A stretch of 40,224 nucleotides of DNA from a virus (lineage: Duplodnaviria; Caudoviricetes): the IMG/VR virus record IMGVR_UViG_3300019784_001933, positions 1-40,224 of that record; one strand, 5' to 3'. Made by a program: the position numbers and the translations under genes. Positions 9,642 through 18,935 of this stretch are shown piece after piece; position 1 is the stretch's first letter, and each line of letters opens with the position of its first letter. The notes beneath the pieces were generated by a model. The model saw nothing but the letters and a program-made list of their open reading frames with translations. It was not told the DNA's origin and ran no database searches.

Positions 9642-11209
9642 TGCCCAGCCCTCGCGATGTGATGGCGCAGAGGCAGGGCGGCGGCAAGGGCGGCGGGCGC
9701 GTCAACAATGTCGTTCGCATTCCGGCTCCCGTCATGGGCTGGAACGTGCGCGACGCATACGAAGCGATGAAGCCCGGCGAGGCTATCGTTCTCGACAACT
9801 GGATTCCCGGCCTGCTCGGCACGAAAAACCGCAAGGGCAACACGTCATACGCAACCGGGATGACGGACGATGTGCAAAGCCTCATGGAGTATTCGCCCGA
9901 CGACGGATCGGGGCGGAAATTCTTCGCGGCGGCAGGCGCCAACATCTTTAACATCTCGACTTCGGGCGCTGTCGGCGCCGCAGACGTTACGGGCCTGACG
10001 AGCGCGGTCTGGCAGCACACGATGTTCGCAACATCGGCGGGCACGTTTCTGTATATCGTCAACGGCTCTGACGCCCCCCGCCATTACAACGGCTCAGTCT
10101 GGGCAACGCCGAGCATCACGGGCGCGACTCCTGAAGACCTCATTACGGTAACAGCTCACAAAAACCGGCTGTGGTTCGCTGAAAAGGCCACGCTCAACGC
10201 TTGGTATCTCCCGACATCGTCCATCGCCGGGGCGGCCACGCTGTTCGCGCTTGGCGGCCTGTGCAAGCTCGGCGGCGAACTGACGGCGATTGGCTCATGG
10301 TCGCGCGATGGCGGCGACGGCGCGGACGATCTGCTAGTGTTCGTCACGTCGGAAGGCGAAGTGATCGTTTATCAGGGGACGGACCCGGCCAGCGCTTCCA
10401 CATGGTCGCTTGTCGGCGTGTTCCGTATCCAGCGCCCTATCACTCGGCGCTGCTTCGTCAAGGCGGGCGCTGACCTTGGCGTGTTGACCGTCGATGGCCC
10501 GGTATCGCTGGCACAGGTGCTGCCGTCTGCCGGCTCTGCCCAGCGCCGCGCGACGCTCACTGACAAGATTTCCGACGCCTTCCGGTTGGCATACAGCATT
10601 GCGCCTTCCGGCTCATTGTGGGGCATTCTGGAAGCTCCCGGCGACGGGCTGATCCTGATCAACGCGCCAACCGCTGTTGCCGGCGAAAGCGTGCAGTTCG
10701 TCATGTCTGCCGATACAGGCGGCTGGTGCCGGTTTACGGGCATTCCGGCCACTTGCATGGGCCTATTCAACGACCGCATTTACTTCGGCAAGGCGGGCGG
10801 CGTTGTCAGCCGCTACGGCGAGACGTTCACAGACGATAACGCCCTCATCACCTCCCGAATGCAGTTGGCCTATGTCCGACCGGAGGGCGTCGAGGAGAAG
10901 CGGTACACGATGGCCCGCCCGATTATGCAAGGGCCGGCTGGTTACGAGCCTGAGTTTCTGGTGAAGGTCAATTACGACCTTTCGACCGCTGATATCGCCG
11001 GCTCGACTGTCGCCACTGTCGTCGGTGAAGAGTGGGACGTTGCGACTTGGGATGAAGCGTCTTGGGCGACCGCTGCGGTCCCGATCACCAAATGGCAGGG
11101 CGTAAGCGGCATCGGCTCGTCGGTGTCGCTGGCGTTCGCCGTTGCAACTGACATCGAGATGACGCTTCAGGGAGTTGATCTGATGTATGACCGGGGCGGC
11201 CCGCTATGA
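9641..11209 (+). CDS. Tail nozzle / packaged-DNA stabilisation protein (P22 gp10 / tail tubular B-like)
   Basis: 522 aa; IPAPVMGWN, HKNRLWF, YQGTDP, GWCRFTG; beta-propeller-like. Confidence 0.8.
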   Translation: MPSPRDVMAQRQGGGKGGGRVNNVVRIPAPVMGWNVRDAYEAMKPGEAIVLDNWIPGLLGTKNRKGNTSYATGMTDDVQSLMEYSPDDGSGRKFFAAAGANIFNISTSGAVGAADVTGLTSAVWQHTMFATSAGTFLYIVNGSDAPRHYNGSVWATPSITGATPEDLITVTAHKNRLWFAEKATLNAWYLPTSSIAGAATLFALGGLCKLGGELTAIGSWSRDGGDGADDLLVFVTSEGEVIVYQGTDPASASTWSLVGVFRIQRPITRRCFVKAGADLGVLTVDGPVSLAQVLPSAGSAQRRATLTDKISDAFRLAYSIAPSGSLWGILEAPGDGLILINAPTAVAGESVQFVMSADTGGWCRFTGIPATCMGLFNDRIYFGKAGGVVSRYGETFTDDNALITSRMQLAYVRPEGVEEKRYTMARPIMQGPAGYEPEFLVKVNYDLSTADIAGSTVATVVGEEWDVATWDEASWATAAVPITKWQGVSGIGSSVSLAFAVATDIEMTLQGVDLMYDRGGPL

Positions 11210-11658
11210 CCGAGCCCGTTATTGTCGGATCGGTGCTTTACGGCGCTGATGCCAAGGTCTGCGAATGGGTTGGCGAGCGTGTTCCTGTCCTGATGGGCAG
11301 GGCGCCGCATAACGCCTTCGCCGCGCTCGGTGTGGTCAGGCGCGAGCGCATGGCGGCTGGCGTCGTGTTCCACAACTATCGGCCCGGCATCGACATTGAG
11401 GTGTCCATCGCAGCCGATGACCCGTCATGGGCGCATCCGGCGATCCTGCGGCGGCTGTTTTCCTATCCGTTCAACCAACTCGGCGTCATTCGCCTGACCT
11501 GCATCATCGGACGCAAGAACAAGCGTTGCCGGCGGTTCAGCGAGGGCTTGGGCTGGAAGCTGGAAGGCGTTGTCCGCCGCGCTTACGACGGGCACCAGGA
11601 TGCGGTGCTCTATGGCATGTTGCCCGGCGATTGCCGGTTTCTTGAAAAGGTTTCCTGA
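11206..11658 (+). CDS. GNAT-fold acetyltransferase (virion assembly, P22 gp14/T7 gp13-like position)
   Basis: 150 aa; FSYPFNQLG...N..CRRFSEGLGWKLEGVVR RimJ/RimL-type motif. Confidence 0.8.
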   Translation: MTEPVIVGSVLYGADAKVCEWVGERVPVLMGRAPHNAFAALGVVRRERMAAGVVFHNYRPGIDIEVSIAADDPSWAHPAILRRLFSYPFNQLGVIRLTCIIGRKNKRCRRFSEGLGWKLEGVVRRAYDGHQDAVLYGMLPGDCRFLEKVS

Positions 11659-13007
11659 TGGGCAAGAGTGCACCTTCGCCGCCGCCGCCGCCCGACCCCT
11701 ACGCCACGGCCCGCGCGCAGACTTCGTCAAACGTCTCGACGGCTGTTGCCAACACCGTACTGGGCAATGCGGACGAAACCGGCCCGCTAGGCTCTGTTCG
11801 CTATCAGCAGAAAGGCAGTTACCAGCTTGGCGAGCCGATCCTGAACAGCGACGGCTCGCCCCGCACAACGCGCCGATGGGTTGCCGATCCTGGCTCCAAC
11901 AGCACGGGCTATGTTCCTCGATCGACGCCGATGGACCCTAGCGCCAGCGCGGGCAACGCTTCCGGCGACAACTACGCCAACCTCGCGCCCTACGGCATGG
12001 AAGAGGGCGGCGGCGGCGGACGATGGGTTGAAGAAGCGGAAATGTCGTATCGCGACATCCCGCAGTGGGAACGCATTACGACGCTCTCGGATGCGGAACA
12101 GGCCAAGTACGACAAGACCAACACCGTCCAGCAGCAGTTCCTTGACATCGCCAACGCGCAGGCAGGCCGGCTGCAAACGTCGCTTGGCACGCCGCTTTCG
12201 TTTGCCGACATCCCTGACAATTCCAGCGGCGTCCTTGCGCGCATTCTGGCCGATGACGGATCGGCCAGCCGGGCGCGGGTTGAGGACGCACTCAGCCAGC
12301 GGCTTAACCCGCAGTTGGACCGCGACCGTGCGGCGCTCGAAAACCAGCTTGTCAATCAGGGCTTTACGCGCAGCACCGAAGCGTTCCGCAACGAGATGGA
12401 CAGCGCCAACCGTCAGTCCAATGACGCGCGGCTGGGCATCATCGCGGCGGGCGGGCAGGAGCAGGCGCTCCAGCAGCAGTTGATGCTCCAGCAGCTACAG
12501 GCGGCATCGACCAACCGCGAGCGGCAGATTCAGGAGCGGATGGCGCTTCGCAACGCGCCAATCAATGAAATCTCCGCGCTGCTCGGCCAGTCTCAGGTCA
12601 ACATGCCGCAGTTCACGCCGTACCAAGCGGGAACCATCGCCGGGACGCCCGTTGGCGATTACGTCTATCGGTCGGCGGACATCGCGCAGAAGAACTACCA
12701 GTCGGAGCTACAGGCCAACGCAGCCACCACGGGCGGGCTCTTTGGGCTTGGCAGCGCGGCAATCGGCGCGCTAGGCAAGGGGATGGGCGCTGGCGGCTTG
12801 TTCGCCCTGTCGGATCGCCGCGCGAAGACCGACATCACCTTCGCCGGCACGCTTCGCAACGGCCTTCCGCTCTACGTCTATCGCTATCGCGGCGATGACG
12901 AGGAACAGCTTGGCCTGATGGCGGATGAGGTCGAAGCGCTGCACCCCGAAGCCGTGCGCGAGATCGGCGGCTTTAAGCACGTCAATTACGAACTGGCGGT
13001 GCTGTGA
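11658..13007 (+). CDS. Ejection/pilot protein with C-terminal Peptidase_S74-like domain
   Basis: MGKSAPSPPPPPDPYATA start; Q-rich helices; G-rich hydrophobic segment then SDRRAKTDI...YVYRY...GLMADEVE...PEAV...VNY. Confidence 0.75.
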   Translation: MGKSAPSPPPPPDPYATARAQTSSNVSTAVANTVLGNADETGPLGSVRYQQKGSYQLGEPILNSDGSPRTTRRWVADPGSNSTGYVPRSTPMDPSASAGNASGDNYANLAPYGMEEGGGGGRWVEEAEMSYRDIPQWERITTLSDAEQAKYDKTNTVQQQFLDIANAQAGRLQTSLGTPLSFADIPDNSSGVLARILADDGSASRARVEDALSQRLNPQLDRDRAALENQLVNQGFTRSTEAFRNEMDSANRQSNDARLGIIAAGGQEQALQQQLMLQQLQAASTNRERQIQERMALRNAPINEISALLGQSQVNMPQFTPYQAGTIAGTPVGDYVYRSADIAQKNYQSELQANAATTGGLFGLGSAAIGALGKGMGAGGLFALSDRRAKTDITFAGTLRNGLPLYVYRYRGDDEEQLGLMADEVEALHPEAVREIGGFKHVNYELAVL

Positions 13008-13789
13008 TGGACAAGGCCGCAATCGCAGACGAAATCCGCCGCAGGGCGCTTGCGGCCAATCTCGACCCGAACGCGATGACGCGCATCGCGCAGATTGAGA
13101 GCAGGCTAGACCCCAACGCCAAAAACCCCAACTCGTCCGCGTCTGGCGTGTTCCAGTTCATCAACTCGACGGGCCGGCAATACGGTCTGAGCAACCCCTT
13201 TGACCCCATCGCCAACATCGACGCGGGCATTCGGCTGGCGTCCGACAATCGGGCTGCGCTGGCCCGAACCCTTGGGCGCGAACCGACCCCCGGTGAACTG
13301 TATCTAGCCCATCAGCAGGGCATCGGAGGGGCAACCAAGCTGCTCCAGAATCCGAGCATCCCGGCTGTCAACGCGGTCGGCTCGCAGGCCGTGCGGCTCA
13401 ACGGGGGCAACATCAACATGACGGCGGGCGAGTTCGCCAGCATGTGGGATCGCAAGATGGGCGGCGGCGGGCCGCTGGAGATGACCGTCAACAAGGCCCC
13501 GCCGCAGCAGCCGAACGCGATCCCCGTCACCTCAGGCTCTCCCGCCATGGACGGCACGCCATCCCTCCCGATGTCAGCCGCACAGCGGCCCATGAGCCCC
13601 GAAGCGTTCCAGACGGCGGTCTACAACGGCGGCGCGCTCACCGGCAACGAAGCGCTCGACGGTCGTCTTAAAGACGACGCCGTGCAGCGCGGCTATGCCT
13701 CATGGGACGAAGCCTTGAAGGCGAACCAGCCTGCAAAGACGCAAGAGCAGGACGCGCTCGCAAAACTCCTTTCTGGCCAGTGGGGCTGA
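13007..13789 (+). CDS. Virion-associated lytic transglycosylase (SLT-like) ejection protein
   Basis: AQIESRLDPNAKNPNSSASGVFQF catalytic ES/GxxQ motifs; YLAHQQG. Confidence 0.85.
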   Translation: MDKAAIADEIRRRALAANLDPNAMTRIAQIESRLDPNAKNPNSSASGVFQFINSTGRQYGLSNPFDPIANIDAGIRLASDNRAALARTLGREPTPGELYLAHQQGIGGATKLLQNPSIPAVNAVGSQAVRLNGGNINMTAGEFASMWDRKMGGGGPLEMTVNKAPPQQPNAIPVTSGSPAMDGTPSLPMSAAQRPMSPEAFQTAVYNGGALTGNEALDGRLKDDAVQRGYASWDEALKANQPAKTQEQDALAKLLSGQWG

Positions 13790-13793
13790 ATTC

Positions 13794-15101
13794 ATGATCA
13801 ATTACGTTCCGCAGGCTTCAGGCTTGGGCGCAGATGGTTCGCCCGATGGGGCGCTGTTGCAGGCCATGGCCGCGCGCAAGAAGGCGCAGTTGCAGGGCCT
13901 GAGCGGCGGCCAGCAGCTTATGCAGAAGGCGTCTTCTTCTGAGCCGATCTATAACAAGAGCCTGGGATACGCGAAGCTGATTGCGGGCGGCCTTGGCGGC
14001 TTCCTCGAAGGCAACGAACAGCGCACGCAGCAGGAAAAGGCGCAGGCTTTGGCCCGTCAGGGCGCGACCAGCGCAGCCGGCATTGCCCAGTCGCTTGGCC
14101 TCTCTCCCGATCAGGCTCGCCAACTTCAGGGCATGTATATGGCGAACCCCGAGGCTGCATCGGCTATCGTCAAGCAGATGACGGAGCGGCTTTTCGCGAA
14201 GCCTGACGCCAAGTTTGTTGACGAGCGCCTGCCTGACGGTTCGCTGGCCCAGCGCAACGCGGCCACCAACGAACTGGCCGTGCGGCAGAAGACCGACACC
14301 TATTCTCCCGACGCTTTCAATCAGCGGAAAGACCTTGCGGCTGCGGGCCGCGCCCAGACGAACGTCAACGTCGGCGGGGGCAGCGACAAGCAGTTTTTCG
14401 ATACGCTCAAGGAAAGCGCCGACAGCGCGCGAACTGCCGTTACCGGCCTCTCTGGCCTTCGCGAAGCGCGCCGGGCCATCCAAGACGGCGGCTACTTCGG
14501 CGCGGGCGCCGACATCAAGCTCGGCCTCGCCAAGCTGGCCGCGCCGCTCGGCCTTGGCGACCCGTCGAAAATCGTCAACACCGAGACATTCCGTTCCGCC
14601 ATTGCGCCTCAGGTTGCGGCGCTGATGAAAGCGACGGTCGGCTCGACGCAAATCTCGAACGCTGATCGCGAGTTTGCTGAAAAGGCGGCGGGCGGCTCGA
14701 TCAACCTCGACCCTGCGTCGATCTCCCGCCTGCTCGACATCATGGAGCGCGGCTCGCTGGTGGCGATTGACCGGCATCAGCAGACGCTCAATCAGGTCTA
14801 TCCTGAGACGCCAGACGGGAAGTTCAACCGCGAACGCGCGGTGTTCGGCGTCCAGCCGCCCGCACCGCCGCAGCCTGCGCCACAGCCTGAGGTGCCCGGT
14901 CAGCCGGCCCCGACGCCCATCGCCCCGCCCGGCGCAGGAATGCCCGTTCAGCCCCAGCAGGCACAGCCCCAGCCCGATCCCGCGCAGGGTGGGGGAATGC
15001 CTCCACTCGACTTGATCGAGGCTGAAATCCAGCGCCGCCTTGCCGCTCAGTCGCAGACACAGCAGGCGCACCCCATCCCCGGCACCATGGACGGTTTCTA
15101 A
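13794..15101 (+). CDS. DNA ejection/internal virion protein
   Basis: 435 aa, helical, Q/A/G-rich, ISNADREF motif; synteny. Confidence 0.7.
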   Translation: MINYVPQASGLGADGSPDGALLQAMAARKKAQLQGLSGGQQLMQKASSSEPIYNKSLGYAKLIAGGLGGFLEGNEQRTQQEKAQALARQGATSAAGIAQSLGLSPDQARQLQGMYMANPEAASAIVKQMTERLFAKPDAKFVDERLPDGSLAQRNAATNELAVRQKTDTYSPDAFNQRKDLAAAGRAQTNVNVGGGSDKQFFDTLKESADSARTAVTGLSGLREARRAIQDGGYFGAGADIKLGLAKLAAPLGLGDPSKIVNTETFRSAIAPQVAALMKATVGSTQISNADREFAEKAAGGSINLDPASISRLLDIMERGSLVAIDRHQQTLNQVYPETPDGKFNRERAVFGVQPPAPPQPAPQPEVPGQPAPTPIAPPGAGMPVQPQQAQPQPDPAQGGGMPPLDLIEAEIQRRLAAQSQTQQAHPIPGTMDGF

Positions 15102-16687
15102 TGGCCGATCTGTCGCAAGTCCCGCTTGATGAACTGATGCGGATGCGCGCGCAATTGGCGCCGCCTCCTGCCGCACAGGAAGGCCAGCCCGTCGCACAGG
15201 AACAGGCCGCCATGCCTGACCTGAGCGCGATGTCGCTTGATGACCTGATGGCCATGCGGGACAAGCTTCGCCCGCCTCCGGCACAGGCAGCGCCCGCGCA
15301 GGGCGAGGCCCCTTGGTATCAGAAGCTCGGCAGCGCGGCAGACGATATGGCCCGCATCATTGCCAATGGCATGACGCTTGGGGCGGCAGATCGCTTTGCA
15401 GGCAAGATGAGCGGGCAGGGCTATGAGGCCGAAAAGCGCGCCACGGAACAGGCGCGCGAGCGGGCCGGGTCCGCAGCTATTGCCGGCGACGTGATCGGCT
15501 CGCTCGCGCCGGCCTCTGCCGCAGTCAACGCAGGCGGCGCGCTTGTCAGGGCCGCCGCGCCCTCTGTAGCGGCTGGGGCTGGCCTTATTGGCCGCACGGC
15601 TGGCATGGGGGCGGTTGGCGCCGGCTTGGGCGCTGGCGAGGCTGCAATCAAGGAAGAGGATGTCCTGCGGGGCGCCGTGCTTGGCGGCGCGGCTGGCGCG
15701 GCGGGCAACGTTGCCGGCGAGGCGCTGTCGGCTGGCGTGTCGAAGGTTGCCGGCGCGTTCAACAAGAAGCCCGTGATCCCTGCCGCTTCGGAGCTAAAGG
15801 CCGCCGCAGACGCGGCTTACAAGCGCGCGGACGAGGCGGGAGTTATCTTCACGCCGCAGGGCATGCAGCGGGCGCAAACGGGCATTCAGGACGATCTGGC
15901 AAAGGCCGCGTTCCTCCCGGCCAACCAACCCCGCGTTGCCGCCGTGCTTGACGAGTTCAACAAGGCGGCTGCGAATAACAACACCCTGACCGGGCTTGAC
16001 CAGCTTCGCCAGATGGCGAGCAACGCTTATGATCCGCAGAACAAGGCATCAAACAAGATGCTGGCCAAGATCATCAACCAGATTGACGACCTGATTGCAA
16101 AGCCTGCGACGGGCGATGTCATTGCAAACGACGCGGCGGCGGGTTCAAAAGCGATCAAGGAAGCCCGTGATCTGTGGTCGCGCAACGCCAAGGCCGAAAC
16201 GCTCGACCAGGCCGTTATCAAGGCAGAGCGCCGCGCCGCGTCTACGGGCTCTGGCGGCAATGCCGACAACGCCATCCGGCAGAACGTTCGCGCCATTCTC
16301 GACAACCCCAACAAGTCGCGGGGCTGGAGCGCTGACGAAAAGGAGGCGGCGGAAGCTGTCGTTCGCGGCACGCCAACCCAAAACGCCATGCGCCTCGCCG
16401 GCAAGCTGTCGCCATCTGGCAACGGACTGATGGCAGCCCTTGGCATCGGCGCGACTGCGGTCAACCCGCTTATGGCGATCCCCGCAGTCGGCGGCATCGC
16501 TGCAAAGGCGTTGGCTGATCGCGGGACGCAGGGCAACGTTCAGAAGCTGGCCGAGATCATCCGCGCAGGCGGTTCACGCGCGGCGGCTGAACCTGTGAAA
16601 AACGCGGTGCAGCGCCTTTCCGAATCGAAACGCCAAGCTCTCGCTAACCTGCTCATGTCCGGGGGCTTGGTCGCGGCTGGGCAGTGA
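15101..16687 (+). CDS. DNA ejection/internal virion protein
   Basis: 528 aa; duplicated N-terminal DLS..xLDxLMxMR..L.PPPA motif, ANGMTLG..DR, G/A-rich hydrophobic tracts. Confidence 0.7.
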   Translation: MADLSQVPLDELMRMRAQLAPPPAAQEGQPVAQEQAAMPDLSAMSLDDLMAMRDKLRPPPAQAAPAQGEAPWYQKLGSAADDMARIIANGMTLGAADRFAGKMSGQGYEAEKRATEQARERAGSAAIAGDVIGSLAPASAAVNAGGALVRAAAPSVAAGAGLIGRTAGMGAVGAGLGAGEAAIKEEDVLRGAVLGGAAGAAGNVAGEALSAGVSKVAGAFNKKPVIPAASELKAAADAAYKRADEAGVIFTPQGMQRAQTGIQDDLAKAAFLPANQPRVAAVLDEFNKAAANNNTLTGLDQLRQMASNAYDPQNKASNKMLAKIINQIDDLIAKPATGDVIANDAAAGSKAIKEARDLWSRNAKAETLDQAVIKAERRAASTGSGGNADNAIRQNVRAILDNPNKSRGWSADEKEAAEAVVRGTPTQNAMRLAGKLSPSGNGLMAALGIGATAVNPLMAIPAVGGIAAKALADRGTQGNVQKLAEIIRAGGSRAAAEPVKNAVQRLSESKRQALANLLMSGGLVAAGQ

Positions 16688-16813
16688 CAGCCACGTCATG
16701 ACGGCGACGAACAAGCCGAGCATGAGGTAATCACCCCAAGCAAGCTTTGATAGGTCGGCGTTCGCTACGGCGAAGATGACCGCGAAGGCAAGAACGACTG
16801 GGCTCAGTTGCAT
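16574..16813 (-). CDS. Small two-TM membrane protein, candidate superinfection exclusion
   Basis: 79 aa from ATG 16813 (alternative 16909); two hydrophobic helices and a basic amphipathic tail; convergent on the last ejection gene like P22 sieA. Confidence 0.55.
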   Translation of the reverse strand: MQLSPVVLAFAVIFAVANADLSKLAWGDYLMLGLFVAVMTWLSLPSRDQAPGHEQVSESLAFRFGKALHRVFHRFSRRA

Positions 16814-17011
16814 CCCCAAATAGTGCCAGAGCGCCGGCCCTAAGTCCACGGCTAGTCCAGCCAACTCCCCGGCTATCCCAACCACGCTGCTACAGCTTGG
16901 AAGCCGCATACCGAAGTTTCTGCCGAGCGTTATGGCAGCCCAAACTTAACTTGGTCCATATGGCATCTCCTTCTACGCGAAGGATGCCATAAAACGGCAA
17001 TGGAGGCAAAC

Positions 17012-18022
17012 TTGGCTTACAACGGGGCCGGGCTTTTCGCCCGTTTATATAATTTCGTTTCCGACCGCAACGCCGCAATCAAAATCCGCGCCGACCGTAT
17101 GGACGCGGAGATGGACGGCATCGCGACGGGCCTCTCGACCTGCATCACGAAGGACGGCCAGACAACCATCACGCAGGACATCCCGTTCAATAACAAGAAG
17201 ATCACCGGACTTGCGGACGCAACGGGGGACGCAGACGCGGTTAACAGGCAGACGGCCCTAGCGCTCGGCGTGGCGTCTAACGCTCCCGGCTTTATCTTCG
17301 GGCTGACGCTTTCGAACAACGGCAGCGACGCGACCAACGATATTGATATTTCAGCCGGCAGCTGCGCGTCCAATGATGCTTCGCCAACGAACTTGACGCT
17401 TGCCACGGCTTTAACAAAGCGGCTCGATGCGGCGTGGTCTGTAGGCACCAACCAGGGCGGGCTTGACACCGGGTCGATTGCAAACACGACCTATCACGTC
17501 TGGCTCATTCGGCGGTCAGACACAGGGGTTGTGGATGCGCTGTTCTCCACCAGCGCGACCTCCCCAACGATGCCCGCGAGCTATACCCAGAAACGGCGAA
17601 TTGGCTCAATCATTCGGGCATCGGGCGCCATTCTGCTTTTCACGCAGGCCGGCGATGACTTCTCCTTGATTATCCCACCAACCGATCTGAATGCCAGCCA
17701 AGGCACAACCTCTACACTTCGCGCACTCACCGTGCCTACTGGCGTAAGGGTCTTCGCGCGGGTCGCTCAGGGTATCATCTCAACGGCGCTTTCTAAATCA
17801 TTGCTTGTTTCTGACCCTGATCTTGGCACGATCATTGTGACAAGCACTAACGCGACATTGGGCATCAACGTCCAAAGCGGCGCAGGCTCCAACGTAGGCG
17901 CCAACGGAATGGTGACCGTTCGAACGAATACGTCTGCCCAAGTGAGGACCGTTTGCGACGCGACACACACCGTTTCGCTGACAACCTACGGCTGGGCGGA
18001 TGACCGAGGGCGAAGCGCCTAA
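17012..18022 (+). CDS. Tail fibre / receptor-binding protein
   Basis: TTG start after TGGAGG; MAYNGAGLF...DGIATGLS..ITKDG anchor; GLTLSNN, TTYHVWLI, RRIGSI, YGWAD. Confidence 0.8.
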   Translation: MAYNGAGLFARLYNFVSDRNAAIKIRADRMDAEMDGIATGLSTCITKDGQTTITQDIPFNNKKITGLADATGDADAVNRQTALALGVASNAPGFIFGLTLSNNGSDATNDIDISAGSCASNDASPTNLTLATALTKRLDAAWSVGTNQGGLDTGSIANTTYHVWLIRRSDTGVVDALFSTSATSPTMPASYTQKRRIGSIIRASGAILLFTQAGDDFSLIIPPTDLNASQGTTSTLRALTVPTGVRVFARVAQGIISTALSKSLLVSDPDLGTIIVTSTNATLGINVQSGAGSNVGANGMVTVRTNTSAQVRTVCDATHTVSLTTYGWADDRGRSA

Positions 18023-18060
18023 GGGCTCAATTATCACAATTCTGAATCTTTTGGCGTCGT

Positions 18061-18081
18061 CTGATTCTGTAAATGAATCAG
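18061..18081. promoter_or_regulatory. Perfect inverted repeat CTGATTC-N7-GAATCAG in AT-rich spacer
   Basis: Read directly; holds two GANTC sites, with a third at 18044-18048. Confidence 0.5.
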
Positions 18082-18112
18082 TCATTTGCGTTGCCTCGCG
18101 TTACTATGGGGG

Positions 18113-18871
18113 GTGACCTCTAGACGCGCAATTCTGTCGTTTTTGGCTGCTGCGCCTTTTGCGGCGTATGCTCAGGGGGGTCACATGGGCTATTTCACAC
18201 CGGCTGAACGGGCTGCGCTGGTTGCAAACCCGGCGACGATTTCCGCTTTGTATGCCGCTAACCGGGCGAGGTTCATTGCAGACCTCGGCGCAGGCTTCTC
18301 GGCGGAAATTGAGGAGCATTACAAGTTCGGGTTTTGCGGGCTTGTTGCCTTTGATCTGAAGCCCTACGGGGGCAGCGTCGCGGTCACGCTGCCCGATCTG
18401 CTAGCCGCCCCTGCGCTTGATTGCGATAACTATGCAATCCTGATGTGGCGTCTTTTCAAGATTCTTGCGCCCTCCGCATCTACCAACGTCGCGGCGGTCG
18501 GGTGGAATAACGGGCCATTTGGCAATCATGCCCAGATGCACTGCCACAAGAACGCTGATGCGAACGGCAACGGCGGCGGATACTGGATGGTTGATCCGAC
18601 AATCGGCGTCATGCTTTGCGGTCATGGCTTTGATTGGGTGGCAAGCGGCAAGCGGTCGTCGATGGCTTACTGCAAATCGTTCCATGCGGCTTGCGGCAGG
18701 CAGGGCAGCGTAACGCAGCAGTTGCACGACAACGTTCTGGCGGCGCTGGCTGGTGGCCTCTATCGCCCTTCGCAACTGCTTTATTATTACGTCGATCTGG
18801 AGCGGTTTATCTCGCCCGTGCCGGATTATGCCGACTGGATGACGCCGCAGGGTTCGGCTCTGATCCCCTGA
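18113..18871 (+). CDS. Tat-exported transglutaminase-like (Cys-His-Asp) protein, moron
   Basis: From GTG 18113: MTSRRAILSFLAAAPFAAYA (twin-Arg, h-region, AxA); LDCDNYA / NHAQMH / WMVDPT triad. Start uncertain (18086, 18113, 18185). Confidence 0.7.
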   Translation: MTSRRAILSFLAAAPFAAYAQGGHMGYFTPAERAALVANPATISALYAANRARFIADLGAGFSAEIEEHYKFGFCGLVAFDLKPYGGSVAVTLPDLLAAPALDCDNYAILMWRLFKILAPSASTNVAAVGWNNGPFGNHAQMHCHKNADANGNGGGYWMVDPTIGVMLCGHGFDWVASGKRSSMAYCKSFHAACGRQGSVTQQLHDNVLAALAGGLYRPSQLLYYYVDLERFISPVPDYADWMTPQGSALIP

Positions 18872-18897
18872 CGCCTTCCCGATTGCCATGCCGTTTT

Positions 18898-18919
18898 GCC
18901 CGCCGCGTGCGGGCTTTTT
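18898..18919 (+). terminator. Intrinsic terminator
   Basis: GCCCGC-cgcgt-GCGGGC then TTTTT. Confidence 0.8.
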
Positions 18920-18935
18920 CATGTCAGGACATCCC

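Noticed and set aside
13794-16687. Tape-measure protein / long tail
   Set aside because: No major tail, tail chaperone or baseplate genes; adaptor-nozzle-GNAT-ejection order indicates a podovirus.
16957-16975. AGAAGGAGATGCCATATG resembling the T7/pET ribosome-binding site (vector contamination)
   Set aside because: Imperfect match, no other vector sequence, and embedded in a native hairpin.
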